DNA from: Elusimicrobiota bacterium
GTDB taxonomy: Bacteria; Elusimicrobiota; Elusimicrobia; Elusimicrobiales; UBA9959
Assembly: GCA_037137395.1 (NCBI GenBank)
Contig: JBAXKK010000025.1
Coordinates: 1 to 28,872 of the forward strand
Direction of reading: 5' to 3'
Length of the DNA stretch: 28,872 nucleotides
Below are positions 9,529-20,195 of this stretch, in pieces. The notes under the pieces are model-generated. The model saw only the letters and a list, made by a program, of their open reading frames with translations, was not told the DNA's origin and did no database searches. A program made the translations under genes and the position numbers. The number at the start of each line of letters is the position of its first letter. Position 1 is the stretch's first letter.

Positions 9529-9547
9529 AACCTTCCAGCCATCAGCC

Positions 9548-12500
9548 TTATTTAATTATCGCCATCTTATGCGCCTTATTGCCTAACTTCTTGCCGTCCA
9601 GGTAGGTCAGCATAAAGTAAACGCCTGAAGCGCAATCCTGGTTGGTGTCGTTCTTGCCGTCCCATTCGGAATAGAAAACTTCTCCGCTGCCGGTGGTTAT
9701 CGTCCGGACGCCTTCATCTATAGTCCTGACCTTTTCTCCGGCCAGGTTATAGATCACGAACTTAAGATCGCCAGATTTTCCGGCGGGGAGATGATATTTT
9801 ATAATTGTGCCCCGCACAATATGTGCCCCGGCGGCTATGGCCGCTCCGCCGTCCGCGCTTATGGTAACAGTTTTATCTTTAAGATTGAACGGATTCGGCA
9901 TATTGTAAACTTCGTATGACGAACCGATATACGCAACACCACTGCCGGGTTTGGCGGTGAACACCGCGAACTTGCCGGTCTGAAGTGCGGGCGCCGCGCT
10001 GGAAACATACCGCCCGTTGCCCACCGCGCTCATCTTGAAGCGCTTGCGGCCCAGCGGAGTATTGGAACCGCCGGTACCTTCGTAGGCTAAGTTAAGATTA
10101 ACAATATCAACCGCGATAACTCCGGTCATCGGGTCCACTGTGTAATTGCCGGGAACTTCCTTCCATTGGCCGGAGAGTTCGTCATACTGATAGATCCGAA
10201 GGTTACCGGTACCTATCACCCGCTCTTTATCATACTTTAGCGTGAGGGTGAATGGTTTGTTGACATCGGCATTGGAAAGGTCCATATTGTATACTTCAGA
10301 TGCCATCAGATCCTGCAGAGACGCCTCTATATTCAGGTTGCCTTTGGCCGTCTTTACCGTCCGAACCGAGGGAAGGGCGCTGAAGAATCCGCCGACCAGA
10401 TCCTGGAAATTGACATCTGAAACCGAAGAAGTGGAATAGGACAGCGTGCCCGCATCAAGCTCCATGCCGGAATATTCCTCTTTTTCCTTATCCATGCTGA
10501 TCTCGCCTCCGGCCAGGGCTTCTTCCTGTATGTACTGCTCTGTTTTGGCGTCGCTGACCTGGTCGTACACCACAACCTTTTTCATTTTATTATTGTCTCC
10601 CGCCGACACGCAGACGCTGTAAGTCGGCTGGTTCCGTGAGACGGTAAACTCTCCCAGATAAGTATTATCGGGGCCAAGTTCCAGCGTGAGGATGACCGCC
10701 GATGTGGAAGCGCAGACCGTGTCATCCGCGGAAGCCGCTTCGTAGGTATCCCCGGCGTTGTATTTGCACACGGGGGTGGAAATCAGTTCTCTCGGACTAC
10801 GTATTTCCACATTTACCTTATTGACTGAATCAGCGTTCCGGCGCACTTTGACCATAATCTGAGGCGGAATATCTCTGAGCACGATGTCATCCAGCACGGT
10901 GACACCGTCCGCCGCGTCGTTGACATCCACGATCTCCGGCATCTTGCCGCTGAACATGGCAGAAAGTTTGTATTTATGGCCGGGTATGACGCCGCGCACT
11001 TCGTAATATCCGGCGTCGTCGGTCTGCACTTCCATTTTGGGCAGATAGGAAGACGGCGCTTCAACATTCATGGTCTCGTCGTAGGCTACGATCTTGACCC
11101 CGGCCTTGGTAACCGGAGCCGGGAACTTACTCATGTAAATTTTGCCGGTTATCTTCGATTCGGAAGGCCGCATGAAGAAGTTGAATTCCGCCTCGTCGTT
11201 GCCGGCGAGACTGGTTTTCTGACCTACGGTCACGAAACCATCCCTGGTCACTTCGAGCCTGTAGATGCCGGTGGGCAGGTTTGAAAATCTGTAGGCCCCG
11301 GAGGAGTCGGTTACGACGAATTTTTCGACAGTCCTGTGCTTCAGGCGAACCAAGGCGTTCCCCACGAATGCGGAGACAGCCTCGGAACTCTTGACCACAC
11401 CATGAATCGTGCCCACGACGCTTTTCTGGGCGTCGAAATCGAAGGGGGTGGTCTCCTCGGAACCGGACCGTGGCAGGGTAACATCCGCGGTTACGGGCGG
11501 ATAATTAGGGTTAACATACACAGCGGTATATCTGCCCGGAGGTAGCCCCCACGCCATGTAGCGCAGCGGATTATCAGCGAGCGAATTTATGATGGTGGTC
11601 GTGCTGCGGGTTTTAAGGCCGCTCTCGAACCCTACCAGACCGACCGCGTCCGGCATGGCGTTAGTAAAAGCCCTCAAGTCGCCGGCATTATCGTACAGCA
11701 TGACGGCCGGGATGACGCCCATGATCTCCGAGTCGAAGTTAGAGAATATCTTCTCAAAATCTCCGGCCGTGAATATCTTATCGCCTATAACCCGGCCCTT
11801 CATCTCCGCCTGGCCCAGAGAGCCCTTAATATTTATTGGGATAGGCTGGGTAAGGGTGCCGAGATTCGCGTTATTATAATCCTTCTGTATGGCCACATTC
11901 TTCACACGGCCAATGAAGGTAGCGAACTGGTCGCAACTCGCCCCGACGCTTTTGCCGCAATCATAATTGGCGCCTACAACCAGATAGAAGTCGTATTGGC
12001 CGGGCTCCATAAACTTTTTATCCCAGCTGCCAGAGCCAGCGTCGTAGTTGAAGGAATACTGCGGCTGCTCAAAGAACATCTCGGTTATATTCTTCTGATT
12101 CATCTGGAAACCGGAAGGCACGCCCAGAACTGTATAGCTCCAGGTAGCCGTGGAAAGCGCCTGCAGGCCGATGATCTGCGGCTGTACCGTCAGACCGTCC
12201 TTCAGCTTTAGCTTGACCTCGGTAGTATTTCCCAGAGTAACGCGCACATTCTCCACTTCCACTGGGGGCCAGCGGAAAGCACCGCCTTGCGGCCTGAGGT
12301 ATACATTATAGAGGCCGGGCGGCAGGTTAGGGAATTCAAAATTTCCGAATTCATCCAGGCCGGTGCCGGAGTTATATTGCACATTAACGCCTCTCACATC
12401 TATACTGGCGGTCATATAGCCTGAATCGTCACCCACCAAACCATAGACGGGCTTGAAGCTGGTGCCGTCTGGCATCTTGACAGCCCCGCGCAGCGCGCCG

Positions 12501-15500
12501 GAGCGGGTCAGAGTGAAATCCATGGCGGCGGCAGTAGCGGAAGTCAGGTCGACCCGGTCGTTAAAGTTGGACATCTTGCCCCATTCGCCGGACATAACGC
12601 TGGCGTAATAAGAGAAGCCGGAGGAGAGCGTCACCGAATAAGTGGTGGCGTTGCTGGTGAACTCGCCGGAGATTGAGGCGAACCCCATCTGCCGGTTCTG
12701 ACAGTTCCCGCCCTCGCAATACTGGGTTGCCATGATGGTGACCGGCGACTCCACCGGCACGACTAGCGGCATTTCGGCGCTGACCGTGTAGGTGGTGACA
12801 AACATCACCGTGCCGGAAAGAGTGCCGGCGGTGTTGCCGCTGTCCGGAGTCAGATTGAACGTCACAAGGCCGGCGGACTGGCAGGTGCCGGTACTGTCAA
12901 GTATCCAATTAGCCCCGGGCAGGCAGGGATTGCCTCCCGGCTCGCTGGGGCCGGTGGCCCCGGAGGAAGAAATTATTATTTTCAAGTCGTCAGAGTTGCC
13001 ATTGGTGCCGTCCGGGCCGTTATTCAGGTCTCGCCAGTTGCCCATAAAATCCATATTCACGCGTACGCGGCCGTCCGGCAGTCCTTCAGCTGTAAATAAA
13101 CCGTCCGCCCCTGTACGGATCTGTGCGTCGCTCTGCATAGCGCCGTTCCAATAACCGGAATAGGAGTCGTCCCCTGTGCCGGTGGACCAGTCGCCATATA
13201 CCATGACGCGTGCGTTGGGCACGGGTATACCGTTGTATTTAATCAGGCCGGTTAAGGTATAAGTGGCCGGGAAAAGCGCGTACTCGCGGTATTGCGCCAC
13301 GGCGCCGGCGGTGTTGGTTCCCGCCGACACGCTTGAAATCATTATCATGTCAAACCAACTGCGCGAGCCCTGTTTCTTAACATTCACATTATACGGCGTG
13401 GAAGTGGAAGGTAGATTATAGAAGCTGAATTGGCCGTTGACGTCAGTAAGATTCTCATAACTAAGCGCTTTAGAACAGGTGTTGGCCCCTGAACACTGAT
13501 TTATAAATAATTCTATCCTTGCGCCCTCCAACGGGACCATGGTCGGACTGCTGCGCACCACGCCCTGAAAAGAGGGAGGCACGGTGGAACCGGAGGTGTC
13601 AAAACCGCCGCTGGAGGAAATAGCGCTGGACATATTGACCGTGTAAACCGAATCGGCAGGAAAGGCTGTGTCCAGGAAGAAATTCAGGAACTTATTCTTC
13701 CCCGGCACGCTCAAAGCCACGCCGTAGGTTCCGGCCGGGGCGGAGGGAACGTTAAAAATCTGAAGCTGGCCGGCCGGGGCGCTGGCCGCCAATACTCCGT
13801 AGGCTACTTTTTCGCCGGTCCTGTTGACTGAAACCTCGCCCATCAGAAAGTCACCGGGAGTCAGGCCCTCGGAAACATTGACTGTCAGTGTGCTTACCGG
13901 ATCAGCGGCCGTACGGGGATAAAGCGAGAAATCCTTGGTAACATCGCTTGTTAGCGTAAGGTAAAAATTGCCGCTGGGGTCCATCAACTGGTCCTTTATG
14001 GTAGGCACATAGCCTGGTGTGGAAAGGCCGATAAAATACTTTAAACCGCCAGGCACGGCGGCCGAGAATCTGCCGTTGGCGTCCGTGGCGCTGACCCGGA
14101 TGCCGGCGGGGTCCATCCCCCCGGTCTGGTTAAACGCTAACAAGATCACATTCACATCCTTCAGCGGCGTACTGGTGCCGTTATACTTCACGGACGCGGT
14201 GATAATCGGATTGGTGGCGGAAGTGCTGAACTGCTTATACTTGAAATAACCTGCGGCGTACTGGTAATTGACTCCGTAACTGTAGCTGCCCGGCACATAG
14301 ACGAAACCTGATGGGTCAACTGCTATATCCTCAGCGTACTCGTAGGAGTTACCGGAACTATTAAAGGTATTGGTCCAGACTATGTCGCCGGTTCCGGTAT
14401 TGTATTTCCTGAAGAACAGGTTGTATCCCTGATTAAGGTCGCTGCGGTTCTCATAGCCGCTGATATACGCGCCGCTGCTCGCGTCAACCGCAAGGCCCTG
14501 GATTGATTCGTAGGAGTTGGCCGGTGAATTGTAGGTGCTGGACCAGACCTCGGAGAGTGAAGGTGTGAGTTTAACAATAAACATATTGTCATACTGATAC
14601 TGGTCATACACGCTGCCAGCGGCGTAGATGCTGCCGGCGTCGTCGACTTTGATCGCATTGGCGGATGAGTAACCGTAGGGCGCGGAAGGACAATACTTTT
14701 TATCTACGACGAATGTCAGTGCGGTATCGAACTTGCCTATCCAGAAGCAGGCGGTGGAGGTGTTTATGCCCGCTTGGCCTGACACATAGAGATTGCCGTC
14801 AAACGCGTTGTAGGTTATCCCCGCGGCGCGGACCGAGCTGTAGGCCCCGCTATAGGCCGCGGAAGCCAACAGAACTCCGGCTTGAGAGTATTTGGCCAGA
14901 AGAGCGGCGCCATTTGACATATTCGCGCCTGACCCCCCCTCGTTATACTGACCAGCCAGGTAGATGTTCCCGTCTGACGCGGCCGTTAAGCCGCTAAAAT
15001 CCTCATAAGCGCCCCGTGAAGGAATGGTCCGGGACCAGAGTAATTCTCCGGCGGCGGAATACTTGGAGATATAGGGATTGGTACCGGCAGCGTCCCTTCC
15101 GGAACCGGCGATGTAAACATTACCGGCAGCGTCGCTGGCTAAGGCGCGCAGGCCGCTACCATTGCCCGAGAAATAATAGCGTACCCATTGCAGAACGCCG
15201 CTCAGATTATACTTTTTAAGGATGACGGAAGATGAGGCGTCGCCCTGTGATGAATAGGTCTGGATGGCCAGATAGAGATCTCCCGAAGCTGCGCGGACCA
15301 TTTTGACCGGACTGGTAGTGTTAAGGCCCGTGGTCAGGTTAAGCTGACCGAGCGGATATGGGTATGAAGTCTCTGAAATCACTGGAATATTCGGCAATGC
15401 GGAGGGATTGCCGATTACCGTAGAAGTACTGCTGCCAGTATAATACCAGACATTGAAATAGTACGGCGCTGTTGTATTGCCGCGCGCGTCGCGGCCGGCA

Positions 15501-18500
15501 GTGAGATCGCCCGCTTTAATGCGGACAAGGGAACCCTCGGTATATGCCTGGGGCTGGTATTGATACGGCGTAGGATAAGATTGCTTCGCGAGGGCTAAAT
15601 CCCAGCCGCCGTTCCAGGTGCTGGCCTGCACGTAATAAGAGGTTCCGGCCGGCAGAGCGACGCCGGTGATCCAGGATAGTTCCGCGCCGCCGGGCACGGT
15701 TCCTGTGATCGCGGTGACACCAGCGGACATGGCCGCCGCCGGCGAACTGAATTTGAAGCTGCCGAACTGCCTGTTAACCGTGGTGGAAATAACCACGCTC
15801 AGGTTGAAGTCCCCCCGGCTGTCTATAACGATATTCACGGGGGATATAGGCCCGGTCAGGCCCGCGTTAGGAAACTTCTTGCTCCACATATAACTGACAT
15901 CGGAAGGGTTTAATTTCTGGAACCATAGTGTTTCTACGGGATATATCTGGCGGCCGGCGGCGAAAATCTCTCCGGTCGCGGTGGAAATTGTAAGCGTTCT
16001 GAATTCGCTGGCGGCGCCCGTGGCGGAAACGGAAGCAACAACACCGGCCGGAGATATCCTGGCTGCCCAGGCGTCCAGTAGGTCGGAGCCGGTAACATAG
16101 ACCTGACCGGCGGCATAAACGTCTCCCCACGTAGAAATCTTCACGGCATAAGGAATATTATGTCTGTCCGTACGGTACTCATAAAAGAAAGGATTGTTGG
16201 TCCAGGTTGAGGAAAGCGCAAGGGAAGAATCATACTTAATAAAAATCATCTTATAATGGGCTGGATCCGATCCGGACGCATTGACCATGGATTTACCGGC
16301 CACATAAACGAAACCATCGGCTCCAGCGTCTATAGCCATTCCTTCATCGGTAGAGCCGCCGTCATAGATTTGAGCCGTAGGACTGCCGGCCGCGGTGTAT
16401 TTAATCACTATGATATCTGACCCGGAAGTTTCCTCAACTTTGCCGGTTATATAAATATTGCCGGAAGCATCGGTTGTCACGGCTTTTACGGAATCATCGC
16501 CATGACCGGAGCCGTCATAAGTTCTGGTCCAGAGCTGATTGCCTTCGGCGTCCAGCTTGCTGACCCATATATTATCACCCTGCGCAAGCGAGGGAGCGCT
16601 CTCTTCGCCAGCTATTATAATATTGCCGTCCGCATCCGCGGCTATGGCGGAAGAGTTGTAGGTGGCGGAAAGTTCGCCGTGATAGAAGCGTGTCCACAGA
16701 AGTGTCCCGTAGGGGTTGTATTTTCTGAGAGCAATACCCGCGTTATCAGCTCTTGCTACGCCTAAATTCGCGCTGAAAAGCATATAGGTGTTGCCGGCAT
16801 TATCGCGGGCCAGCGAAGGGCCGGAGGTCCAGTCCATGACAGACACGCCGTCCAGCCGCTTGAGCAAATTACCATCCGCGCTGGTGATCACGCTTTCGGT
16901 TAGAGCTGCGGGGACATTTGTATAGGCGGTAACAAGGTTGGGGAGGGCGGTAAGAATTGTTCCGTTGTAATACCAGACTTTAAAAGCATACATAGGCGAA
17001 CTGATATTGTTCAGGGCGCCGCGTGCGGCCTGCAGGCCTCCGACCGTGTGAGTTTGCGCTGACAAAGCGGGCACAGCGGCATTGAGGGAAAACTCTGTCG
17101 CGGAAGCAGTGGACCAGTTGACGCTGTGAAAAGTGCTGTACTGAACATAATACTTGGAACCAGCCGGCATGGCGGCCGGATAGAGCCAGCTCAGGTTCAC
17201 GGAACCGGTGAAAGGCCCCTTATCGGCCAGAAGCTCGGAGGAGGACGAGGTCATATCCAGTTTATATATGCCCAGACTGCTCATATTCGTTCCCATACTC
17301 ACATTTGGAAAACTTCCGACGGCGTATATAACGCCCAAACTGGAAACTTTAATATCGTAACCCTCCTCATAACCCTTATTGTAGTCCACGCTTCTAATCA
17401 TCAGGCGCGCGCCGCCGGGCGAATATTTCAGCAGCAAAAGATTGCCACCCTGGTATATGTCGCTACGATATTCACTGCCGGTAACATAAGCGTTGCCGGT
17501 TAGGTCCAGTTCCAGCGCCGCGCCGGAGGCCATATTACCACTGTAGGAATAAAGGTCCTGCCATTGTTGAATAAGCGATGAATCGTACTTCGCGGTCCAA
17601 CAGGCATTATTATACGTGGCGGAACTGTAATACGAACCGGTAACAAAAACACTGCCCGAAGCGTCTATCTTTATTCCCTTTCCCTGGTCGTAATTGGGAC
17701 CGCCTGCGGTAACCGCTCCAATCTGCGTCGGGACCGTGGGCCAGGTATCTCCATATTTCTCCACAAAGATATCGTCGTTATTGCGGACATTCCTGGTGCC
17801 GACCACGTAAATATACCCCCCATACAGCGATATCCCGTTGCCGGCGTATGAACCGGACTGCGCGTTGGAATAAAAAGCGCTCGTCCCCTGTTGGACGCCA
17901 TTCTTGTTGAATTTCGCCAGCCACAGATTTCCGGTGCCGGAATACTTCTCGCCCGCGGTGTATATCTCGGTAGAGGAATTGATCGCAATAGAGTTGATGC
18001 GGTTATTGTTGGACATGTCCGCCGCAATGAGCTTCGTCCACAAGATATCTCCGTTGGCGGCGTATTTTCTCAGTATGATATTAGCGCCTTTGTCTATCCT
18101 GCCAGCTATTACCAGGTTCCCGTCAGGCCCGAGTGCCAGAGCGGTAGCCTGATCATTGGTCCAATCCGAACCGGAGAGACTCATCGTGCTGTTGTACGCG
18201 CGGTACCACGACACGGCGCCGGACGGTAAAAATTTTATAAGGGTAATCGCTGACGATGAGTTTGTCCCGCCGGCGCCCGCTGTTGATGATGAAATCACCA
18301 TGGAAGTGAGCGCGTAATAATTCCCGGACGAGTCTACGGCAAGCTTGGACCCGTAACCGCCGCCCTGGGAGTTTATGGACAGCACAGAGCCGGCAGCCAG
18401 CGCCAGAACGCCTGTAGAAGGCGCGGACGGGGTCAAAGGAATAGCTGCAACCGATGTGACTGGGACGGAAACGACACCGATGTTTTCTATCCAAACATGA

Positions 18501-18838
18501 AAGTAGTATATGAAAGCGGGGGCGGAACCATTACGGCCATACTCCAGACCGCTTACGCGCAGATTCTGCGCCCCGATAGTGGTAGTGGTTATCACTATCT
18601 GCGCCGAACCGGTAGAGATCCATGGCCCGTTCGTAGTGTTGTACTGAATATAAAATTTACCCCCGGCAAGCGCTTCCGGAGCGTTCCATGAAAGACTAAC
18701 CGAGCCGTTATAGTCGCCGCTGACCGCGCTAAGTCCGTTAGGGGGAAGGGTAGCAGCGGCTCCGGCGCCTCCGATCAATCCGGCCAATAGACCGGCGGCG
18801 ATCGTCAGAGTTAAAATAGTTTTTCTAATGTTAAACAT
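9548..18838 (-). CDS. Giant (3096 aa) secreted surface protein: 3x (Fn3-like + SBBP-type beta-propeller), multiple carboxypeptidase-regulatory/prealbumin-like domains, C-terminal FlgD-Ig / T9SS type-A-like sorting domain
   Basis: Signal peptide; SD AGGAGA; many blades of form xAVDxxGNxYxxG...xxKYxxxGxxxW; TD.NG.F.F..L..G.Y motifs; C-terminal YNMPNPFN...IYNLAGEKVRTI...WDGKND...ASGVYF...KMAIIK. Confidence 0.9.
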   Translation of the reverse strand: MFNIRKTILTLTIAAGLLAGLIGGAGAAATLPPNGLSAVSGDYNGSVSLSWNAPEALAGGKFYIQYNTTNGPWISTGSAQIVITTTTIGAQNLRVSGLEYGRNGSAPAFIYYFHVWIENIGVVSVPVTSVAAIPLTPSAPSTGVLALAAGSVLSINSQGGGYGSKLAVDSSGNYYALTSMVISSSTAGAGGTNSSSAITLIKFLPSGAVSWYRAYNSTMSLSGSDWTNDQATALALGPDGNLVIAGRIDKGANIILRKYAANGDILWTKLIAADMSNNNRINSIAINSSTEIYTAGEKYSGTGNLWLAKFNKNGVQQGTSAFYSNAQSGSYAGNGISLYGGYIYVVGTRNVRNNDDIFVEKYGDTWPTVPTQIGAVTAGGPNYDQGKGIKIDASGSVFVTGSYYSSATYNNACWTAKYDSSLIQQWQDLYSYSGNMASGAALELDLTGNAYVTGSEYRSDIYQGGNLLLLKYSPGGARLMIRSVDYNKGYEEGYDIKVSSLGVIYAVGSFPNVSMGTNMSSLGIYKLDMTSSSSELLADKGPFTGSVNLSWLYPAAMPAGSKYYVQYSTFHSVNWSTASATEFSLNAAVPALSAQTHTVGGLQAARGALNNISSPMYAFKVWYYNGTILTALPNLVTAYTNVPAALTESVITSADGNLLKRLDGVSVMDWTSGPSLARDNAGNTYMLFSANLGVARADNAGIALRKYNPYGTLLWTRFYHGELSATYNSSAIAADADGNIIIAGEESAPSLAQGDNIWVSKLDAEGNQLWTRTYDGSGHGDDSVKAVTTDASGNIYITGKVEETSGSDIIVIKYTAAGSPTAQIYDGGSTDEGMAIDAGADGFVYVAGKSMVNASGSDPAHYKMIFIKYDSSLALSSTWTNNPFFYEYRTDRHNIPYAVKISTWGDVYAAGQVYVTGSDLLDAWAARISPAGVVASVSATGAASEFRTLTISTATGEIFAAGRQIYPVETLWFQKLNPSDVSYMWSKKFPNAGLTGPISPVNIVIDSRGDFNLSVVISTTVNRQFGSFKFSSPAAAMSAGVTAITGTVPGGAELSWITGVALPAGTSYYVQASTWNGGWDLALAKQSYPTPYQYQPQAYTEGSLVRIKAGDLTAGRDARGNTTAPYYFNVWYYTGSSTSTVIGNPSALPNIPVISETSYPYPLGQLNLTTGLNTTSPVKMVRAASGDLYLAIQTYSSQGDASSSVILKKYNLSGVLQWVRYYFSGNGSGLRALASDAAGNVYIAGSGRDAAGTNPYISKYSAAGELLWSRTIPSRGAYEDFSGLTAASDGNIYLAGQYNEGGSGANMSNGAALLAKYSQAGVLLASAAYSGAYSSVRAAGITYNAFDGNLYVSGQAGINTSTACFWIGKFDTALTFVVDKKYCPSAPYGYSSANAIKVDDAGSIYAAGSVYDQYQYDNMFIVKLTPSLSEVWSSTYNSPANSYESIQGLAVDASSGAYISGYENRSDLNQGYNLFFRKYNTGTGDIVWTNTFNSSGNSYEYAEDIAVDPSGFVYVPGSYSYGVNYQYAAGYFKYKQFSTSATNPIITASVKYNGTSTPLKDVNVILLAFNQTGGMDPAGIRVSATDANGRFSAAVPGGLKYFIGLSTPGYVPTIKDQLMDPSGNFYLTLTSDVTKDFSLYPRTAADPVSTLTVNVSEGLTPGDFLMGEVSVNRTGEKVAYGVLAASAPAGQLQIFNVPSAPAGTYGVALSVPGKNKFLNFFLDTAFPADSVYTVNMSSAISSSGGFDTSGSTVPPSFQGVVRSSPTMVPLEGARIELFINQCSGANTCSKALSYENLTDVNGQFSFYNLPSTSTPYNVNVKKQGSRSWFDMIMISSVSAGTNTAGAVAQYREYALFPATYTLTGLIKYNGIPVPNARVMVYGDWSTGTGDDSYSGYWNGAMQSDAQIRTGADGLFTAEGLPDGRVRVNMDFMGNWRDLNNGPDGTNGNSDDLKIIISSSGATGPSEPGGNPCLPGANWILDSTGTCQSAGLVTFNLTPDSGNTAGTLSGTVMFVTTYTVSAEMPLVVPVESPVTIMATQYCEGGNCQNRQMGFASISGEFTSNATTYSVTLSSGFSYYASVMSGEWGKMSNFNDRVDLTSATAAAMDFTLTRSGALRGAVKMPDGTSFKPVYGLVGDDSGYMTASIDVRGVNVQYNSGTGLDEFGNFEFPNLPPGLYNVYLRPQGGAFRWPPVEVENVRVTLGNTTEVKLKLKDGLTVQPQIIGLQALSTATWSYTVLGVPSGFQMNQKNITEMFFEQPQYSFNYDAGSGSWDKKFMEPGQYDFYLVVGANYDCGKSVGASCDQFATFIGRVKNVAIQKDYNNANLGTLTQPIPINIKGSLGQAEMKGRVIGDKIFTAGDFEKIFSNFDSEIMGVIPAVMLYDNAGDLRAFTNAMPDAVGLVGFESGLKTRSTTTIINSLADNPLRYMAWGLPPGRYTAVYVNPNYPPVTADVTLPRSGSEETTPFDFDAQKSVVGTIHGVVKSSEAVSAFVGNALVRLKHRTVEKFVVTDSSGAYRFSNLPTGIYRLEVTRDGFVTVGQKTSLAGNDEAEFNFFMRPSESKITGKIYMSKFPAPVTKAGVKIVAYDETMNVEAPSSYLPKMEVQTDDAGYYEVRGVIPGHKYKLSAMFSGKMPEIVDVNDAADGVTVLDDIVLRDIPPQIMVKVRRNADSVNKVNVEIRSPRELISTPVCKYNAGDTYEAASADDTVCASTSAVILTLELGPDNTYLGEFTVSRNQPTYSVCVSAGDNNKMKKVVVYDQVSDAKTEQYIQEEALAGGEISMDKEKEEYSGMELDAGTLSYSTSSVSDVNFQDLVGGFFSALPSVRTVKTAKGNLNIEASLQDLMASEVYNMDLSNADVNKPFTLTLKYDKERVIGTGNLRIYQYDELSGQWKEVPGNYTVDPMTGVIAVDIVNLNLAYEGTGGSNTPLGRKRFKMSAVGNGRYVSSAAPALQTGKFAVFTAKPGSGVAYIGSSYEVYNMPNPFNLKDKTVTISADGGAAIAAGAHIVRGTIIKYHLPAGKSGDLKFVIYNLAGEKVRTIDEGVRTITTGSGEVFYSEWDGKNDTNQDCASGVYFMLTYLDGKKLGNKAHKMAIIK

Positions 18839-18947
18839 AATTTCTCCTAAAAAATGACCCTGGGAGCCGCAACATCTTCATCAGCTATGTGCTTTTAGGT
18901 CCGGCAGATCTCGTTGCCAGTCCCTCAGCCCCCTAAATCCCCTAATC

Positions 18948-20195
18948 CTAAAACTCCCATTCCAGACCCATCAGGTAATTGCTGGCCCGGTAGTTGTATT
19001 TGTAATTGGCCTCGTAGCGGGTGTTAGAACTTGCGATCTGGTAATTGTACCCCGCGCGGGCGAAAAACCTGTTCATGACCGGGTAGCGGACGGAGAGCGA
19101 GGTAAGCCAGGTGTCCTGGTTGGCTTTGGTCTTGGAATAATTACCCGCGTCGTCCTGCTTAAGACGGCCAAGATAATAAAGCTTTGAATAATCCACCGAG
19201 AACCCAAACATGGCGCCGTTCTTGAAACCAAAATTCATGGACGGAGAAACGCCGAACTCCACATAGCTGTAATAATCCTCTATAAACTTAGTCCTGGAAG
19301 CGTCATACGAGTTCTGGTTAGAACTCAAATAAGAAACACGGGAGCCGACAGAAAGCATCAGCGGTTTGATATTGCGGGTCAGCTTGAAAGTGATATTCTG
19401 AACCAGGTCTGATCGCTTATCGGCCTTGAAGAACGGCGAACCGGCCACGGGGCGTGCCACCACGGCCTGATCTCCGTAGCCGCGCCAGGTGAAATCGCAA
19501 CCGGCCTGCAGGACAAGAGGATCGGGGAACCAGGTATATGCGAAGCCCAAGCGGTGGTTCACATTGTCCATGGTATTGGCTCCGGCGTTAGCGGAAAGCT
19601 CGTTGAAAGTGGCGGTGTCTATAACGGTCTGAGATTTGGAAAGCAGTGTAGCGTAATTGCCATACTTTACAGAATAATAGTCGTAGGATTCGGTGAAGGT
19701 ACCGTACGGGCGCTCCTGCTCGGCCTCAAAGCCGGCGGAGAAAGTGGCGTAATCAAACAATCCATCACCCCATTTCTCGTCCTTGGTCTCGCTGATAAGA
19801 TTTTTAGAATAAGAGACTCTCGGCTTATACTTATCAAATTCCCGAGTGTTCACGTATTTCAAAGAAAAAGTGTGGCCCTGACGCTTACGCGTCAGAACGC
19901 CGCCGCCGGCCAGTTCCTGAATGTCCTGAGTGCCGTTATAGTAGCCCGAATAGACCGGGATAAGTTCGCTGGATTCCGAAAACTTGATATCGGACGAGAT
20001 GAAAGCGTCCGCCCTGCCTTGGAAAGAGGCCGCCTTATCATCCAGATAATACTTTCCCCCCATAAGAGAGATATTTGCCACCGGTATCACCTTTATCTGC
20101 GCGTAAAGGCGGGGTAAAGGTGCCAGCGCAGCGGGCAGAGCGATAAGAATAAAAAACCTGAATATTTTCAGGATTGGAATCTTCGTTTTTTTCAT
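18948..20195 (-). CDS. Predicted outer-membrane beta-barrel of unknown family
   Basis: Likely start MKKTKIP at 20195 (SD AAGGG; the ORF track extends to 20258); signal peptide; Tyr/Phe-rich alternating strands; C-terminal YLMGLEWEF beta-signal. Confidence 0.75.
   Translation of the reverse strand: MKKTKIPILKIFRFFILIALPAALAPLPRLYAQIKVIPVANISLMGGKYYLDDKAASFQGRADAFISSDIKFSESSELIPVYSGYYNGTQDIQELAGGGVLTRKRQGHTFSLKYVNTREFDKYKPRVSYSKNLISETKDEKWGDGLFDYATFSAGFEAEQERPYGTFTESYDYYSVKYGNYATLLSKSQTVIDTATFNELSANAGANTMDNVNHRLGFAYTWFPDPLVLQAGCDFTWRGYGDQAVVARPVAGSPFFKADKRSDLVQNITFKLTRNIKPLMLSVGSRVSYLSSNQNSYDASRTKFIEDYYSYVEFGVSPSMNFGFKNGAMFGFSVDYSKLYYLGRLKQDDAGNYSKTKANQDTWLTSLSVRYPVMNRFFARAGYNYQIASSNTRYEANYKYNYRASNYLMGLEWEF

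Noticed and set aside
10242..18691. Many short ORFs nested in or antisense to the giant gene, and similarly within ligA, valS and menA
   Set aside because: No recognisable motifs; expected shadows in GC-rich coding DNA
18850..18925. c-di-GMP-I-like riboswitch upstream of the giant gene (minus-strand gccggacctaa)
   Set aside because: No GCAAA / GNRA-tetraloop P2 or matching receptor; only a short partial resemblance
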